Shown here one piece after another: positions 38,003 to 50,599 of a stretch of DNA of 64,000 bases (its first letter is position 1; every line of letters starts with the position of its first letter). The stretch spans positions 34,782,001 through 34,846,000 of the forward strand of contig NC_043002.1 in the NCBI RefSeq assembly GCF_006345805.1, read 5' to 3'. The notes below the pieces were generated by a model that was given only the letters and a program-made list of their open reading frames with translations, ran no database searches and had not been told where the DNA came from. This stretch comes from Octopus sinensis. Taxonomy: Eukaryota. Both the position numbers and the translations under genes were made by a program.

Positions 38003-39467
38003 TACCATTAATATAAATACCTTTCACAATGTTCCCCAACTGCAGTCTACCACAGGTACTTTCTCCATCAGTCTGCCTCTGCCACAGTTACTTTGTCTCA
38101 TCTTCCCTTGTTACAAATACCCTCTACTGCCTGTCTCTGTACTTTGCCTAACTACAAGTACTCTCTCTAGTTTTCCTCTACCTTATGTAACTCCACTGAC
38201 TATGTCTGCCACATGTAGCTTCCCCATGTTTTTCTACCATAGATACCATCAATTGTCTTCCTTGCTCACATATGCCTTCCTCAATACAGGGACTTATCAA
38301 GTTTTGTTAACATTATGCTTTTTCCATTCTTTTTACGCCCTTTTACCATTAGCATTCAACTCTTAATTTTAATAGATAGAAAAAGTTGTTTATCATTTCT
38401 AAAATGGCTTTTATTGCTAATATTATAATTCACTGTGAATTTTTACATAATGTTAGTGTTATTGGTAAATATTTTTCTATCTAGTTTTATGTTCTGAGGT
38501 ATAATGTATAGTAATGGCTCCTTATTGCAAATACAAGGCCAGCCAAACATTTGTGTGTCTGACATAGCAGTTTAAGTTAGATTTTTTTCTTATATTTACA
38601 TTCTTTTATTGCTTACTTAAGGAACATTCCTATGGTCCATAGATTTGTAGTTTGTGTTGATGAGGTTTTTAATTCCGATACATCTGTAATATACTTTTAC
38701 TGATCATTTGCAATTGGATGTAATATATGCTGTGTTCTGTTTTATTTATTTGATAACTCTATAAAGATCATATTATTAATATGAATATTTATTTATAACC
38801 TGAATATTTACTTCATGCAGGATACACAATGTAGGTATTGTTTGTTTCTACCGGGTGTTGTACATGTTATATTTGTGGAGGTTGTTTTGTTTTTGTTCAA
38901 CTATTTGTTCTTACAAGTATGATGCTTCTCATCAGTTGACCATGTATTTATAATAATAAGCCAGAGCAGCACATCATACTTCAGAAAATAATAATAACTG
39001 TTTCAGATTTTGGCACAAGGCCAGCAGTTTTAGTGACAAGAGATTAACTGGTTACATCAACCCCAGTATATGATTGGTACTTTGTTTTATTGATCCAGAG
39101 AGGATGAAAGACAAAGTTGATCATAGAAGTATTTGAACTCAGAATGTAAAGAATCAGGAGGAAAACTAAGTACTTTATCCGATATACTGATGATGTTGCG
39201 TATACTACTACTACTATCACTGATGATGATGATGATAATAATAATAATAAACAACAACAATAATAATAATAGTTTCTACTAAAGGCACAAGTCCTGAAAT
39301 TTGGTGGGAGGGAACTAGTTGATTACACCAACCCCAGTACTCAACTGGTACTTAATCTATTGACCCCAAAAGGATGAAAGGCAAAGCTGACCATGGTAAA
39401 ATTTGAACTCAGAATGTGAAGATGGACAAAATGTTGCTAAGCATTTTGCCTAGCATGCTGCTGCTGT

Positions 39468-39542
<75 letters not shown>

Positions 39543-41011
39543 TAATAATCCTTTCTACTATAGGCATAAGGCTTGAAAACTTGGGGGAGAGGGCTTGTCA
39601 ATTGACCTCAGTACTTGACTGGTACTTTGTTTATCAACCCCAAAAGGATGAAAAGCAAAGTCGACCTTGGTGTATAATAATAATTATTTAAAAATATGTT
39701 TTCTGACCATGCTAGCATGGATTACTGAAACTTATTGAGGAATTTTTTCTACAGCTGGAATGTCTTTCTGTCGACAACCTTTATTTGTTTCCAAGTAAAG
39801 TGCCATTTCTCCTAGCGTTTCAAATTATCTGCTCAATGGGTGGATCTGTTTTTGGAGCAGACATAAACAGTGGCACCACCTATCCTGATACTGTTTTCTG
39901 CAGTATTAGGACAATATCAAAGTGTGTACACATAAAAATTTATAATAGGTTTCTACAATTTTCATCAACCAATTTCAATAAAGTGTTGATCAACCCAAAG
40001 CTATACTAAGTAGATAATCATTACTTGATAATACAATTATCACAAATGAAATTGCATATAAAGAATTTGAGCAAAGTAAGCTATATTAGTAGTAAAACAC
40101 AATCAATAAATTAAGACATATAACACCCTAATAATAAACATTGGATAATTACTAATTGCTGAAAAATAAATTGGAGTTGTAAGTGAAAATTTTAAATTTG
40201 CTGATAACAATTTTTGTAATTCCCACTTGGTGTAAAATAGTAGTAACACCTATCACTCAACTTTATTCATCCAGATGATAAAACTATGAAGGTCTAAAAC
40301 CATCAATCGATGTAGAAACTTAACTAAAGACTAATAAGGAAGTTTTGATGTTCCCTTTTCTATACTCATGAATCAGATGAAATTTGTTCAGGCAGATTTT
40401 CTGTGGCTGCATGTTTTTCCTGTTGCTAAGCTTCATCTGTTTGCCAGCAAAGTCCTTTGAATATGAACAGCACCATGGCTGGACATGTTCTCATAACAGA
40501 TTGTAAACAAATGATACCACTTGTATTTTGGTAGTTAGCACATGGTATTGCTGAGAAAAGAATGTACAAAGACATTCACATGACAGACTTCTTTCAGTTC
40601 CTCTTTACCAAATACACTCACAAGGCTTTGTTTGACTATAATAAAAGACATTTGCCAAGGTGCTGAGCAAAGAGACAGAACTAAATACCATGTGGTTGCA
40701 CAACTAACTTCTTAACAACACAATGTGGTAAAAATAGTACTTGCATACCAAAGGTAGAGCACAATAGTAATTTATTGAAGCTGAAAAACATTCACAAAAT
40801 GTTACTCGTAGTTTTATATAGCTAATCCTCAGAAAGTTGTGAGACTGTCTGATGATCTCAAATGACATCAAACTGTAAAATAACAATCTCAAAAACTCCT
40901 AACCAAACTATCTTAGCATGGATAAGTGAGTGTAAAAATGATTCTGATCACACACACACATGCATATACGTACATAAGAAATAAAATAACAGAAACTGTA
41001 TATTAAAAGTA

Positions 41012-42510
41012 CTGGGTGTGGGAGGTACTTGAGAATATATTTTGTAATTTAATGAAACAACTCTAATCTAGCAAAATGTTAATTTTAATAAAAATTAGTG
41101 CACGTGTCCTCAATAAGCTTTCTCATAAGATTTTTCTATGAATCCAGCTTCAGCTTTGATGATTGCTTCAATGCAGAACTGCAATAGTGGACATGCCTAC
41201 ACTAAATGATCTTTGTTCATCATCACTTGGACAATGGTAACCTCCAGTGAAGCTATGGTATTGCGAGGATGCTGATTAGTTTCCCTTTCAGCAATGTTCC
41301 AAACAATATTTCAAACTCCACCTTCTAACACCCGTGGACATGTTTACAAAGTCAGAAAACAGCACAGCTCCCATGACTTTCGGAAACATTTTTTCACACT
41401 AAGAGTTGCTGAAGTATGGAACAAACTGCTGACGTCAGTTGTTAGTTGTTGGAGCACTGCATCCTTCAAAACTTCCATGCTTCCTGAGATTCGCCAACAC
41501 TACACCTGATTTTCTCCCCTCCATACACATGCAAGCATGTATCTGACTCATACACTGTTCACTTTCCAGACATTTGTACATTACTGCATATGCTTTACAT
41601 GCACTTTTGACAAGAATGTGGTGCACCTGAGCACTGTATACAATAATTTCATTATTATATATTATTATAGTAGTCTATGAGATTAAAAATTTGGCAAGTT
41701 TGAAGATCACAAGTTTGGTGATACATGATTGTAAAGATTGTCTGATATCCCTTCTTGAGTTATGTGAACTTTGTGAGAAGGTACTGAGTCTTGTTGAAAT
41801 ATATGGCCTACCACTGCATACTTCATCCCTCCAGGGCTTAACAACTGTCTGCAGCACCTCAAAGTATCTTTCTGTAGGGCCTAATTCTTAGACCCTGTGG
41901 AAAGATGTGAGGTAGCATGTCACAACTTACATTGCTGGAAACTTAGTGTGCATCACTCTGGAAATAGTTGAAGGATCTGCACATAACCATCTGTAACTTA
42001 TCTTGTTAGATTTTTGGTGATGATAAAAGACTTTCTCATCAGAGAAGAACCAAAGTATGCCATATATTCAAGAGGGCTTTTAACCTTGTTAAGCAGCAGG
42101 GATCAAATAGTTTTCCTATGACTTTTCAGATGTAATCTGGTCTCTTCTCATCACATAAAACTTGTACTGAATATCCTTGTGCACCCAGTTTTGATGATTC
42201 TTTGGTGATGGCTCTCGTTGATTTTCCAAGGATGTTATTCCTCTTTGATACAGTTGAAACATCACCACCAGAGTCTTCCATTTCCATTTGAACATTGTAT
42301 ACAAAAGATTCAGCAACATTTAGAAAGTTAGCATTTTTTAAATCACTATTTTCCACATATATGGCAAGCAACAATGACTGCACTTCTTTTCATTTCTTGT
42401 GTTAGCATTTTATCTGCCATGGAGATCCAAAACAGACAAAATATTTTTAATTGGTTTGAAGGGAGTAATACCCTGATAGTTAAATGTCCACAAATACCCC
42501 TTGCACCCTG
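41012..42510 (-). mobile_element. Decayed Tc1/mariner (maT-like) element, split by the CR1 insertion
   Basis: Degenerate TIRs CTGGGTGTGGGAGGTACTTG / CAAATACCCCTTGCACCCTG with TA flanks. MLPHIFPQGLR, GRPYIFQQDS and LIDYY|VWNIAERETNQHP are continuous across the CR1. Confidence 0.8.
41309..41667 (+). mobile_element. CR1-type LINE 3' end nested in a mariner-family element
   Basis: TRGHVYKVRKQHSSHDFRKHFFTLRVAEVWNKL is the typical CR1 terminus. (ATT)n tail. Confidence 0.85.
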
Positions 42511-44672
42511 TACAATACTGTTGGTTTCTATTTGATAGATTTCTCATCTCAATCTATTTAGAAGCAATGTGGAGTCACTCATACATGATTAGTTAGTACT
42601 GACATAAAGCAGTAAAAATTGCATAATTGGCAATCCATATAAATATATACATTTGCAGATCTTTGCAACCCATGTCAGTGTTAAAATAAATTATATAATG
42701 ATATTTATTCCCTGACTTTAAGTAATTATGTCCAGTAGCCTGAATATTTCAATGTTTGGCCATTATTCTATGCTGTAGTCATTGTTTATTCTGGGCTTAA
42801 ATAATCCAATTTTGAGCCTTGCAGAGGAGATGACAAAGGACTGAGACAATTGGTGAAATGCTATGCTTGAGAAGACCCAGCCAACAACAAGTAAAATCCA
42901 TGTCCATGATTCCCTCCCTTCCCCACAACCCATCTATGCTCACCACTACTCTTTCCCCTCTTTCATTCTCTCTCACATATCCACCTACCTACGTACACAC
43001 AATATGCCCAGCTAAATCCACCCCCTTCTACCCCCTATTCTCCTTTTGAACTTACCCATCTACATACCCTCTCCAATCCCAGTCCACTTCACTATACACA
43101 TCACCCTATAACTTGGGTGTATGGCCTCTGCCCCTCTCTGTCACACCTTCACCATCTTTCTCTTCATCTGAAGATATCAGGTCTCCCTTTAAATGCAACA
43201 GACCTTTCTGTCCCTCAATAGTATACCCTGCAGTTGGGGGAGGGGGGATATCTTGTCCTGCAAGTGACCTCACTGCTGTTGGTGCCACATAAAGAGCAGC
43301 CAGTACACTCTGTAAAATGGTTGGCTTTAGGAGGGGCATCCAAAACCACACAAAAACAGGCAGCAGAGCTTGGTGCAGTTTTGTGACTTGACAGTTCTTG
43401 TCAAACCATCTTATCCATGCTAGCATAGAAAACCGACATTAAATGATAATGATGATATACCTATTATAAAATTAGTTTTGACTATCAATTTAATTCTTTA
43501 ATTTTCACCTGGCACCTTATTTAACTAGTTGAATAAGTCAAATAAGTCCCACCCAAAATGAGTTTAATAAATGAATTTGATTCTACAATCAACAGCGAGT
43601 CTTCACCTCCTATTATTCTTAAAATTACTCATGTGTGTAATCATACCATCATCATTTTACATCTACTTTTTATGCTAGTATTCACTGAACAGCTTCACAG
43701 GATCTGATGAATCAGAGGAATGTATTATACTCCAATGTCTGTTTTGGTATGGTTTTAAGGCTTGATGTCTTTCCTAAAACCAACCAAATTAGAGTGTACA
43801 GGATACTTTTTCTCCTTGGCACCAACACTAGTGAGGTCACCTAGCAATTTGCAAGAATAAAGACCTTCTGTGACTGAATGAAATATGAGAGTAGGATGAC
43901 TTTAGATGAGATCCCAAGAGAGGCTAAAATATGATGAGAGGAACAGGTCAACAGTGAGAGTGTGGTAGTGAAGAGAGTAACAGGGTATACACCACAGGAG
44001 AAGAGTATTTGTAATTGACAAAAGAAAAAAAAAGGGATTAATGTCAAGGGTTAGTGAGAGAGAGAGAGTGAGAGAGAGAAGAGAGAGAAGGGGGAATATT
44101 GTGATAAGGGTGATGAGCTGGGTTGTGTAGAGTTCTCTAATTTTACCAGGGTGAATATGGGTGCAAGGTGTGAGGAGGAAGGAACATAACAGAGAGAAAT
44201 TGGTGAAGAATCTAAAGAGAGCCAACTGAGGGCAGGAGAGATTCGAGGATTGTGGAGATTGGCCAGAAAGAGAGAAACTAGAGGGTATTGAGGAGGCAAA
44301 GTACTGTGAGAGAAAAAAATGCAGAGGGTGAATGTAGTAAGAATAGTGATAGAAAGGAAGGATGGAGTGTACTATAGCAGAGGGTGAGAGAGAGAGAGAG
44401 AGAGAGAGAGCAACCAAGCGGGGAAGCTGTGGAGAAAATACAGTGGAAGAGAGATTATTGGGTATCACTGAGGGGATGGAGAGAGAAAGAAAAGCTAGAA
44501 TGTACACCTTGCACCATAGACATGGGATAGAGAGCAGCATGAATGCAAATAAAGCATATTTGGGAGGGAGGCAAAGGTGGAGTAGTGGATGAGTATAAGA
44601 GCAGTAACAGGAAAGCTGGAAAATACCTTAGAAATTGGAGTAAAGAATGAACGAATATATATGTGTACACAC

Positions 44673-44849
44673 ATATTTCGTCTGTCGTTACGTTCTGAGT
44701 TCAAATTCCGCCGAGATCGACTTTACCTTTCATCCTCTCGGGGTCGATAAATAAAGTATCAGTTTCGCACTGATATAATCGACTTAATCCCTTTGTCTGT
44801 CCTTGTTTGTCCCCTCTATGTTTAGCCCCTTGTGGGTAGTAAAGAAATA
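44673..44849 (+). mobile_element. tRNA-derived SINE family C
   Basis: GAGTTCAAATTCCGCCGAG.TCGACTTT.CCTTTCATCC core and CCCCTTGTGGGTAGTAAAGAAATA tail. Copies at about 45272-45465 (-), 6545-6772 (-), 9325-9480 (+), 28915-29100 (+), 39000-39670 (several, -). Confidence 0.85.
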
Positions 44850-45842
44850 TATATGTGTATACACATTAACACTTACTCAGCAGTGTCTAGCTTTCAAGTT
44901 GAAGAGAGTAAATATTAACACTGGTTATCTTCATAACCAGTATTAAAAATAGGCTGTGATTCAAATATAAAGCTCTTTATAGAACAAACATTTCAGTGAC
45001 TTCCTTAGTATCATAAAAGTGTAAGAGTACCCTCTATCTCTCCACATACCATGGTTGACATCAAGAATGATATCTAGCTTAACAACATTGTTCCATGAGT
45101 TTCAATACCTATCATGAGCAACCTGTAGCCCACAGGACTTTTCTGGAAAACAATACCAATGAAAAATTACCTTGAATTTTCTTTTACTAGTGTGTGTTCT
45201 GTCTAATGATTACCCATGTCTCATGCAGTCTTCTTCTTGAGAAAGGTTGTCCATATCTGCTCTATACAATTACTATTTCTTTACTACCCACAAGGGGCTA
45301 AACAGAGGGGACAAACGGATTAAGTCAATTATATTGACCCCAGTGCGTAACTGGTACTTATTTAATCGACCCAGAAAGGATGAAAGGCAAAGTCGACCTC
45401 GGCGGAATTTGAACTCAGAACGTAACCGCAGACGAAATACTGCTAAGCACTTCGCCCGGCGTGTGCACCACAAGAAGTTGTAGTCAAATTTCCCTCAAAT
45501 TACAATTGAATTATCTAAACAGATGGAAGAACACATTTCGATAATGAAGTAGTTCCTAATTTTTAAAAGAATTACGGGATGATCACAACTGGAATGCCTT
45601 CGATCATTAGTCTGCTCAATCAGGACTAATTTGGGTCCAAACAACAACCAAGTTCCAACCATAACTTCTTGGAACTAAATTTGTATCTTTTGAACGAATA
45701 TGGTATCAAATATAACCGTGCAAACACCATCTCATACACGAAAACATTTATTCAATAGTTTTCGAGCTAACATCTGTTTCCTCCCTTTTTAGTTTCTCAT
45801 TACATGTTATCATTAGTTTCCCTGTAACTAATACATATTTAC

Positions 45843-45910
45843 CTTTCCGTGGGATTAAAATTCAGATTTTTCTCATAACTCCTACTAAGTTTAATTTCCA
45901 CCGTCACCAT
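45843..45910 (-). CDS. Candidate first coding exon of an unidentified minus-strand gene (MVTVEIKLSRSYEKNLNFNPTE + AG)
   Basis: ATG in ACATGG context, 22 codons plus 2 nt, strong donor AAG|GTAAAT. Non-repetitive, CpG-retaining neighbourhood. No protein family recognised. Confidence 0.35.
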
Positions 45911-46304
45911 GTAAACTTGCAAATCAGCCCTCAAATGAATAATTTATATACAAAATTCAGCGAAATCAATTTAGAACAGCAACTATATGCAATCTGGGGT
46001 ATATCTTCGTTTGAAATAGACAAACTGAAGACGAGATATAGTGCAAGGGAAATAACTCCTTAGTCAGTTCAGTAAAAAAAAATTGTAACAAGTTTTCAGA
46101 ACTGTTTACACACAAACGCGCGCGCGTGCGTGTCTTTCTCCATATATATATTTATATATATATATATATATATTATATGACTAGCTTATTTTCCTTTCTA
46201 TGTACCAAATTCATTCACAAGATTTTGTTTGCCCTGGAGTTATAGTAGAAGACACTTACCCAAGAATATACACACATATATATCTATATACACATAAATA
46301 AAAG

Positions 46305-47190
46305 GTACAGCGGAATCAAAGGAAGGTTAACAGAGAAAGTAGAATTTGTTTGTGGCAAATGAGCAAGAGCAATAAAAGCATTTCCTGTGATGTGAAAAGC
46401 TAGAAGTAGTAGATAGTTTCAGTTGTCTAGATCAGTGCTTCTCAAACTATCTGATGTGGTGTACTGGCAGTTTTTTTTTCCAATGTACTAGGGACCGGTA
46501 ATATTTCTTAGTAATGTTAATTTATACCGGAAACAATATATATAATAAATATAATAAAAATTGACATTTTTTTTTTATCGTATATCTATTTTGTAAACAA
46601 ATAATACAATATTACATAAGCATTTTATAATGTTTTTTTCTTTTCTGGAAACGTGCCGCATACTAGCAGCTGATGGCTCACGGACCACTATTTTGAGTAG
46701 TACTGGTCTAGATGACCTAATTAGTGGTGGAGGAGGATGCTCTGAAAGTATAGTTGCTAGAATACAAAATGATTAGAGAAAATTCTGAGAACTTTTAGCT
46801 TTGTTGATAGCAAAAGGCCTCTCTCTCAGAATGGAAGGCAGATTGTATGATGCTTGCATATGAAAGCAATACTACATGGCTGTGAATGCAGAGGATGAGC
46901 AAAGACTTGAAAGAAATCAAACAAGCATGCTCCAATAGATATGCCATATCAGTGTGCATGTATGACAAAGCACATAGAGAAAAATTGAACATGAGGCATC
47001 AGATGTGGTCATGTGATGTGGATGGATGAAGACAGCTGTATAAAGTGCCAATCACTAAATGTGGGAGGAACATGTGAAAGAAGTAGGCCTAGTAAGACTG
47101 ACTTCAAGATGTTGAACCTCTCAAAGATGACAGTGGACCAAGATGAATGGCGTTATGATGTGCTTGAGAAGACCTGGCCATCTCAGCAGA
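46305..47190 (+). mobile_element. Decayed RTE LINE fragment interrupted by a hAT MITE
   Basis: KGRLTEKVEFVCGK, KLEVVDSF, GGGCSESIVARI, GRLYDACI and CERSRP segments are colinear with the 27-28 kb RTE. Confidence 0.85.
46433..46705. mobile_element. hAT (Charlie/Buster-like) MITE, 273 bp
   Basis: TIRs CAGTGCTTCTCAAA...TTTGAGTAGTACTG. Perfect 8-bp TSD GTCTAGAT at 46425-46432 and 46706-46713. Confidence 0.9.
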
Positions 47191-47929
47191 ATTGAGGCTC
47201 TGTCAAGCTTCCCTCACAACTTATCTTCTATTTTCTTCACTTCCCTATTCTCTCTTATATTGATGTGCTACCTGGACCTTAAATCTCTTTCTTTCTCTCT
47301 CAGACACCTCTTCCTCTATCATAGTTTCTTTCTCCAGTCTATACCCTACTCAGCTGAGAAGTTTTATCTTGCAGGTACCTGGCAACCTCATCAGTCTGGT
47401 GCCACATAAAGTAGACACAAAACCTGGTGGAGCTTTTCACTCGTATGTTTTTGCCAAACCATCCAACCCATGCCAGCATGGACAAAGGGTCATTAAATGT
47501 TGATGTATATATATGGATATATATATATATGAGTGGGTATCATCACCACTTAATGTCCATTCTCCATTCTGGCATGGATTGGATGGTTTAACAGGAGCTG
47601 ACCAGCTGTCCAAGTTCCATTTATCTGTTTGGCATAGTTTCTAAGGATGGATGCCCTTCCTAATGTCAACCACGTAACAGAGTGTAGTGGGTGTTTTTAC
47701 ATGGCACCAGCATTCATGAGCTAGCAAGAGTAGGCTCTCTCAGTTGAGAGGGAGACATAGAAGACATGCCTGTATGCATGGATGGCCACAATTTTATATA
47801 AAAATCAGAGCTTGACTACAGCCCTTGGTAGTCCAAATCAGATATGCAATATACGTGGGTGTTTTTTTAATACATTGTGTGGTTTAAAAAGCCACATCAG
47901 ATGCCATGATGGATCTAAAGTGTAAGCAC

Positions 47930-48370
47930 AAGAGAATTTCTGTGATCACATCACCCCTAACACCTGGCCACCTAATTCCCCAGACTGCAACCCCACTGAT
48001 TATTATGTGTGGGGCACAGTTGAGTGAGAGACCAACAAAACTCCTTGTAACACCAAAGATGAACTGAAGGCAAGGATTATTGCAGTATTCACCAACTTAA
48101 ACAGGAAGACCCTCCAGAGGAGTTGCAGGAGATTCCAAAGTCGTAATTGAAGCCAATGGCGATTTTATTGAATGAATTTACTCTTTAGTATTGCGAGATA
48201 TTTTTATGTAATTTTAGTAAATATATGTTAAAATGAGATGTCAGTGTTACTTTCATTTTTGTACAATGTAGATGGCAGTTTATTTTTATGTAATTTTGGT
48301 AAATATATATGTTAAAATGAGATGTCAGTGTTATTTTCATTTCTGTACAATGTAGATGACAGTTTATTCA
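47930..48370 (+). mobile_element. maT-like mariner 3' fragment with 82-bp tandem duplication in its terminal region (48201-48368)
   Basis: ENFCDHITPNTWPPNSPDCNPTDYYVWGTVE.ETNKTPCNTKDELKARII. Confidence 0.8.
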
Positions 48371-48599
48371 CTGCATATATATATTTTTATTCACTATATA
48401 CATACATTCATACATATGTATGTACATGCACAGGATGAGAGAATTATTTGAGGATACTTAATATTCTGTATGTTACTCTCTTTGAATCAATTTAATGATT
48501 TAAGAAAAAAATTTCTTTCAGATCCTTCATCGTAGATAAAATGCTAACATAGGAAATGAAAAAGCATATAATCATTGTTGCCATGTGTGAGACATAGTA

Positions 48600-49390
48600 A
48601 TTTAGAAAATTGTCTCCTTCCTAAATGTTACACATTCAAACATTATAGGGATGCAATTCTTCCAATGAGTTCAAAACATTATTGATGATTTGGGGAAATC
48701 AGTGAGGTCCATCACAAATGCTCTTCAGGTGTTGAAGTGGACTATCAGCACTGTGGGGTATGAAGACATTCAGTACAAGTCCTATGTACTTGAGGAGTAG
48801 CCAGTTCACGTCTGCAAAGTCACAGGAAAATTATCTGATTCATATCATGTGATTACTTAACAAAATTAAAAACCTACACAAAAATGGCATGATCTGGTTC
48901 TCAGAGGAAAACTTAAACCAAGACCAAAGTGCAAATCTTTCTTATGTCTCCAGTATGATGCATACTAAATATGATGGTTTTTGGAGTGGTGAGTAAAGAT
49001 GGTCATCATGCCACCTCACATCTTTCCACAAGTCTTAGAATTAATGCTCATAGATACACTGAGATGCTGAAAACAGTCATGCCCTGGGTGGTAGGCCATG
49101 TGTTTCAACAAGACTGAGCACCTTACAAAACTCATGTAACCCAAGAATGGATATCAGACAATCTTTATGACCATGTGATACCAAACTTATGGCCTCCAAA
49201 CTCAGCAGATTTAAGTCCCCTGGACTAGTATGTTCAGTATTGTTGAAAGGGTAATCACCAACCTCACAATATTATAGCTTAACTGAAGGCTGGCATTGTC
49301 CAGTTGATGGATGAAATAAATGGTGCAAAGATTCTGGTCCTGCATAGAAGTAGTCATTGAAACTGAATATAACTTCATATAGATTTGTGT
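48600..49390 (+). mobile_element. Decayed Tc1/mariner (maT-like) element, same family as 41.0-42.5 kb
   Basis: MPPHIFPQVLELM, HVFQQD, NLWPPNSADLSPLD motifs. Confidence 0.75.
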
Positions 49391-49923
49391 AACCGAAGCC
49401 TTCCAGCTTCACAGACCCCATTTGAACCGTCCAACCCATGCTAGCATGGAAAGCGGACGCTAAATGATGATGATGATATTAGAATGGAAAATGGATATAA
49501 AATGAACAAGCATATTGTTTAATTTGCTGATAATGTTCAAACACGATAAACTTTCAAACTAATAATTTCAAGGTCATTCTACAGCAGTTTCTAAATGGTT
49601 GTACCAAAAATAATAAACTTATATGCACACACACACATATATCATCATCATTAATTTACAGGTTTTCTATGCTTTAGAGAGAGATTTAACAGCAGGTTAA
49701 AAATACGAATGTGGTCAAACAGTAAGTGCACAACACGACATGAAAGCACTGACCTATTAACTGATAAGAGATTATCCTTAAGTCTTGCAGTCCATAGTGA
49801 TTTTATAATCCAGCTTCATCCTACCTCGTTTCAATACTGATAGTGTACCACCCTAATTATATCTCTCTAGAGGGTACTACACTACCCACTTCAACAAAGT
49901 TAATAGAATCATATGAAAATGAG

Positions 49924-50303
49924 TACTCTCTTTTACTTGTTTCAGTCATTTGACTGTGGCCATGCTGGAGCATCGCCTTTAGTTGAGCAAATCGACCCAA
50001 GGACTTATTCTTTGTAAGCTTAGTACTCATTCTACCGGTCTCTTTTGCCGAACTGCTAAGTTACAGGGACATAAACACACCAGCATTGGTCGTCAAGCGA
50101 TGTTGGGGGGACAAACACAGACACTTATATATATATATACGACAGGCTTCTTTCAGTTTCCATCTACCAAATCCACTCACAAGGCTTTGGTCGGCCCGAG
50201 GCAATAGTAGAAGACACTTACCCAAGGTGCCATGTAGTGGGACTGAACCCAGAACCATGTGGTTGGTAAGCAAACTACTTACCACACAGCCACTCCTACA
50301 TCT
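49924..50303 (-). mobile_element. SINE family A copy, about 300 bp beyond the MCM10 stop
   Basis: Colinear with the other family A copies. Confidence 0.9.
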
Positions 50304-50599
50304 ATAGGAGACAAATTTAAAAAAAAAAGTAACAGTGAAAGAAAAGAAACACCCCAACATTTGAAAAAATAAATACTTTATAAATAAATGTTTACAAAGA
50401 TATATGATTGATAAAAAGGATTTACAGGACTATATATATATGCACATTCATACATGGCAGCAGTGAGTTATCAAAATGAAAATGTTTCCGACATTCACTA
50501 AAAATGAATGTATGGGAATAAAGTGCTAGACTTTATGAAACACATGGTAAAAAAATATCAAATTTATGAGTAATGTTTAGGTGTGAAAATAATTCCAAA

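Noticed and set aside
43902-44540. 212-aa Leu/Ser-rich ORF
   Set aside because: Lies on the pyrimidine-rich strand of a purine-rich, GA-repeat-containing region, possibly a very old LINE remnant. No domain recognised.
44920-44941. Perfect 9-bp hairpin ACTGGTTAT-CTTC-ATAACCAGT
   Set aside because: Short AT-rich stem that is plausible by chance, with no associated feature.
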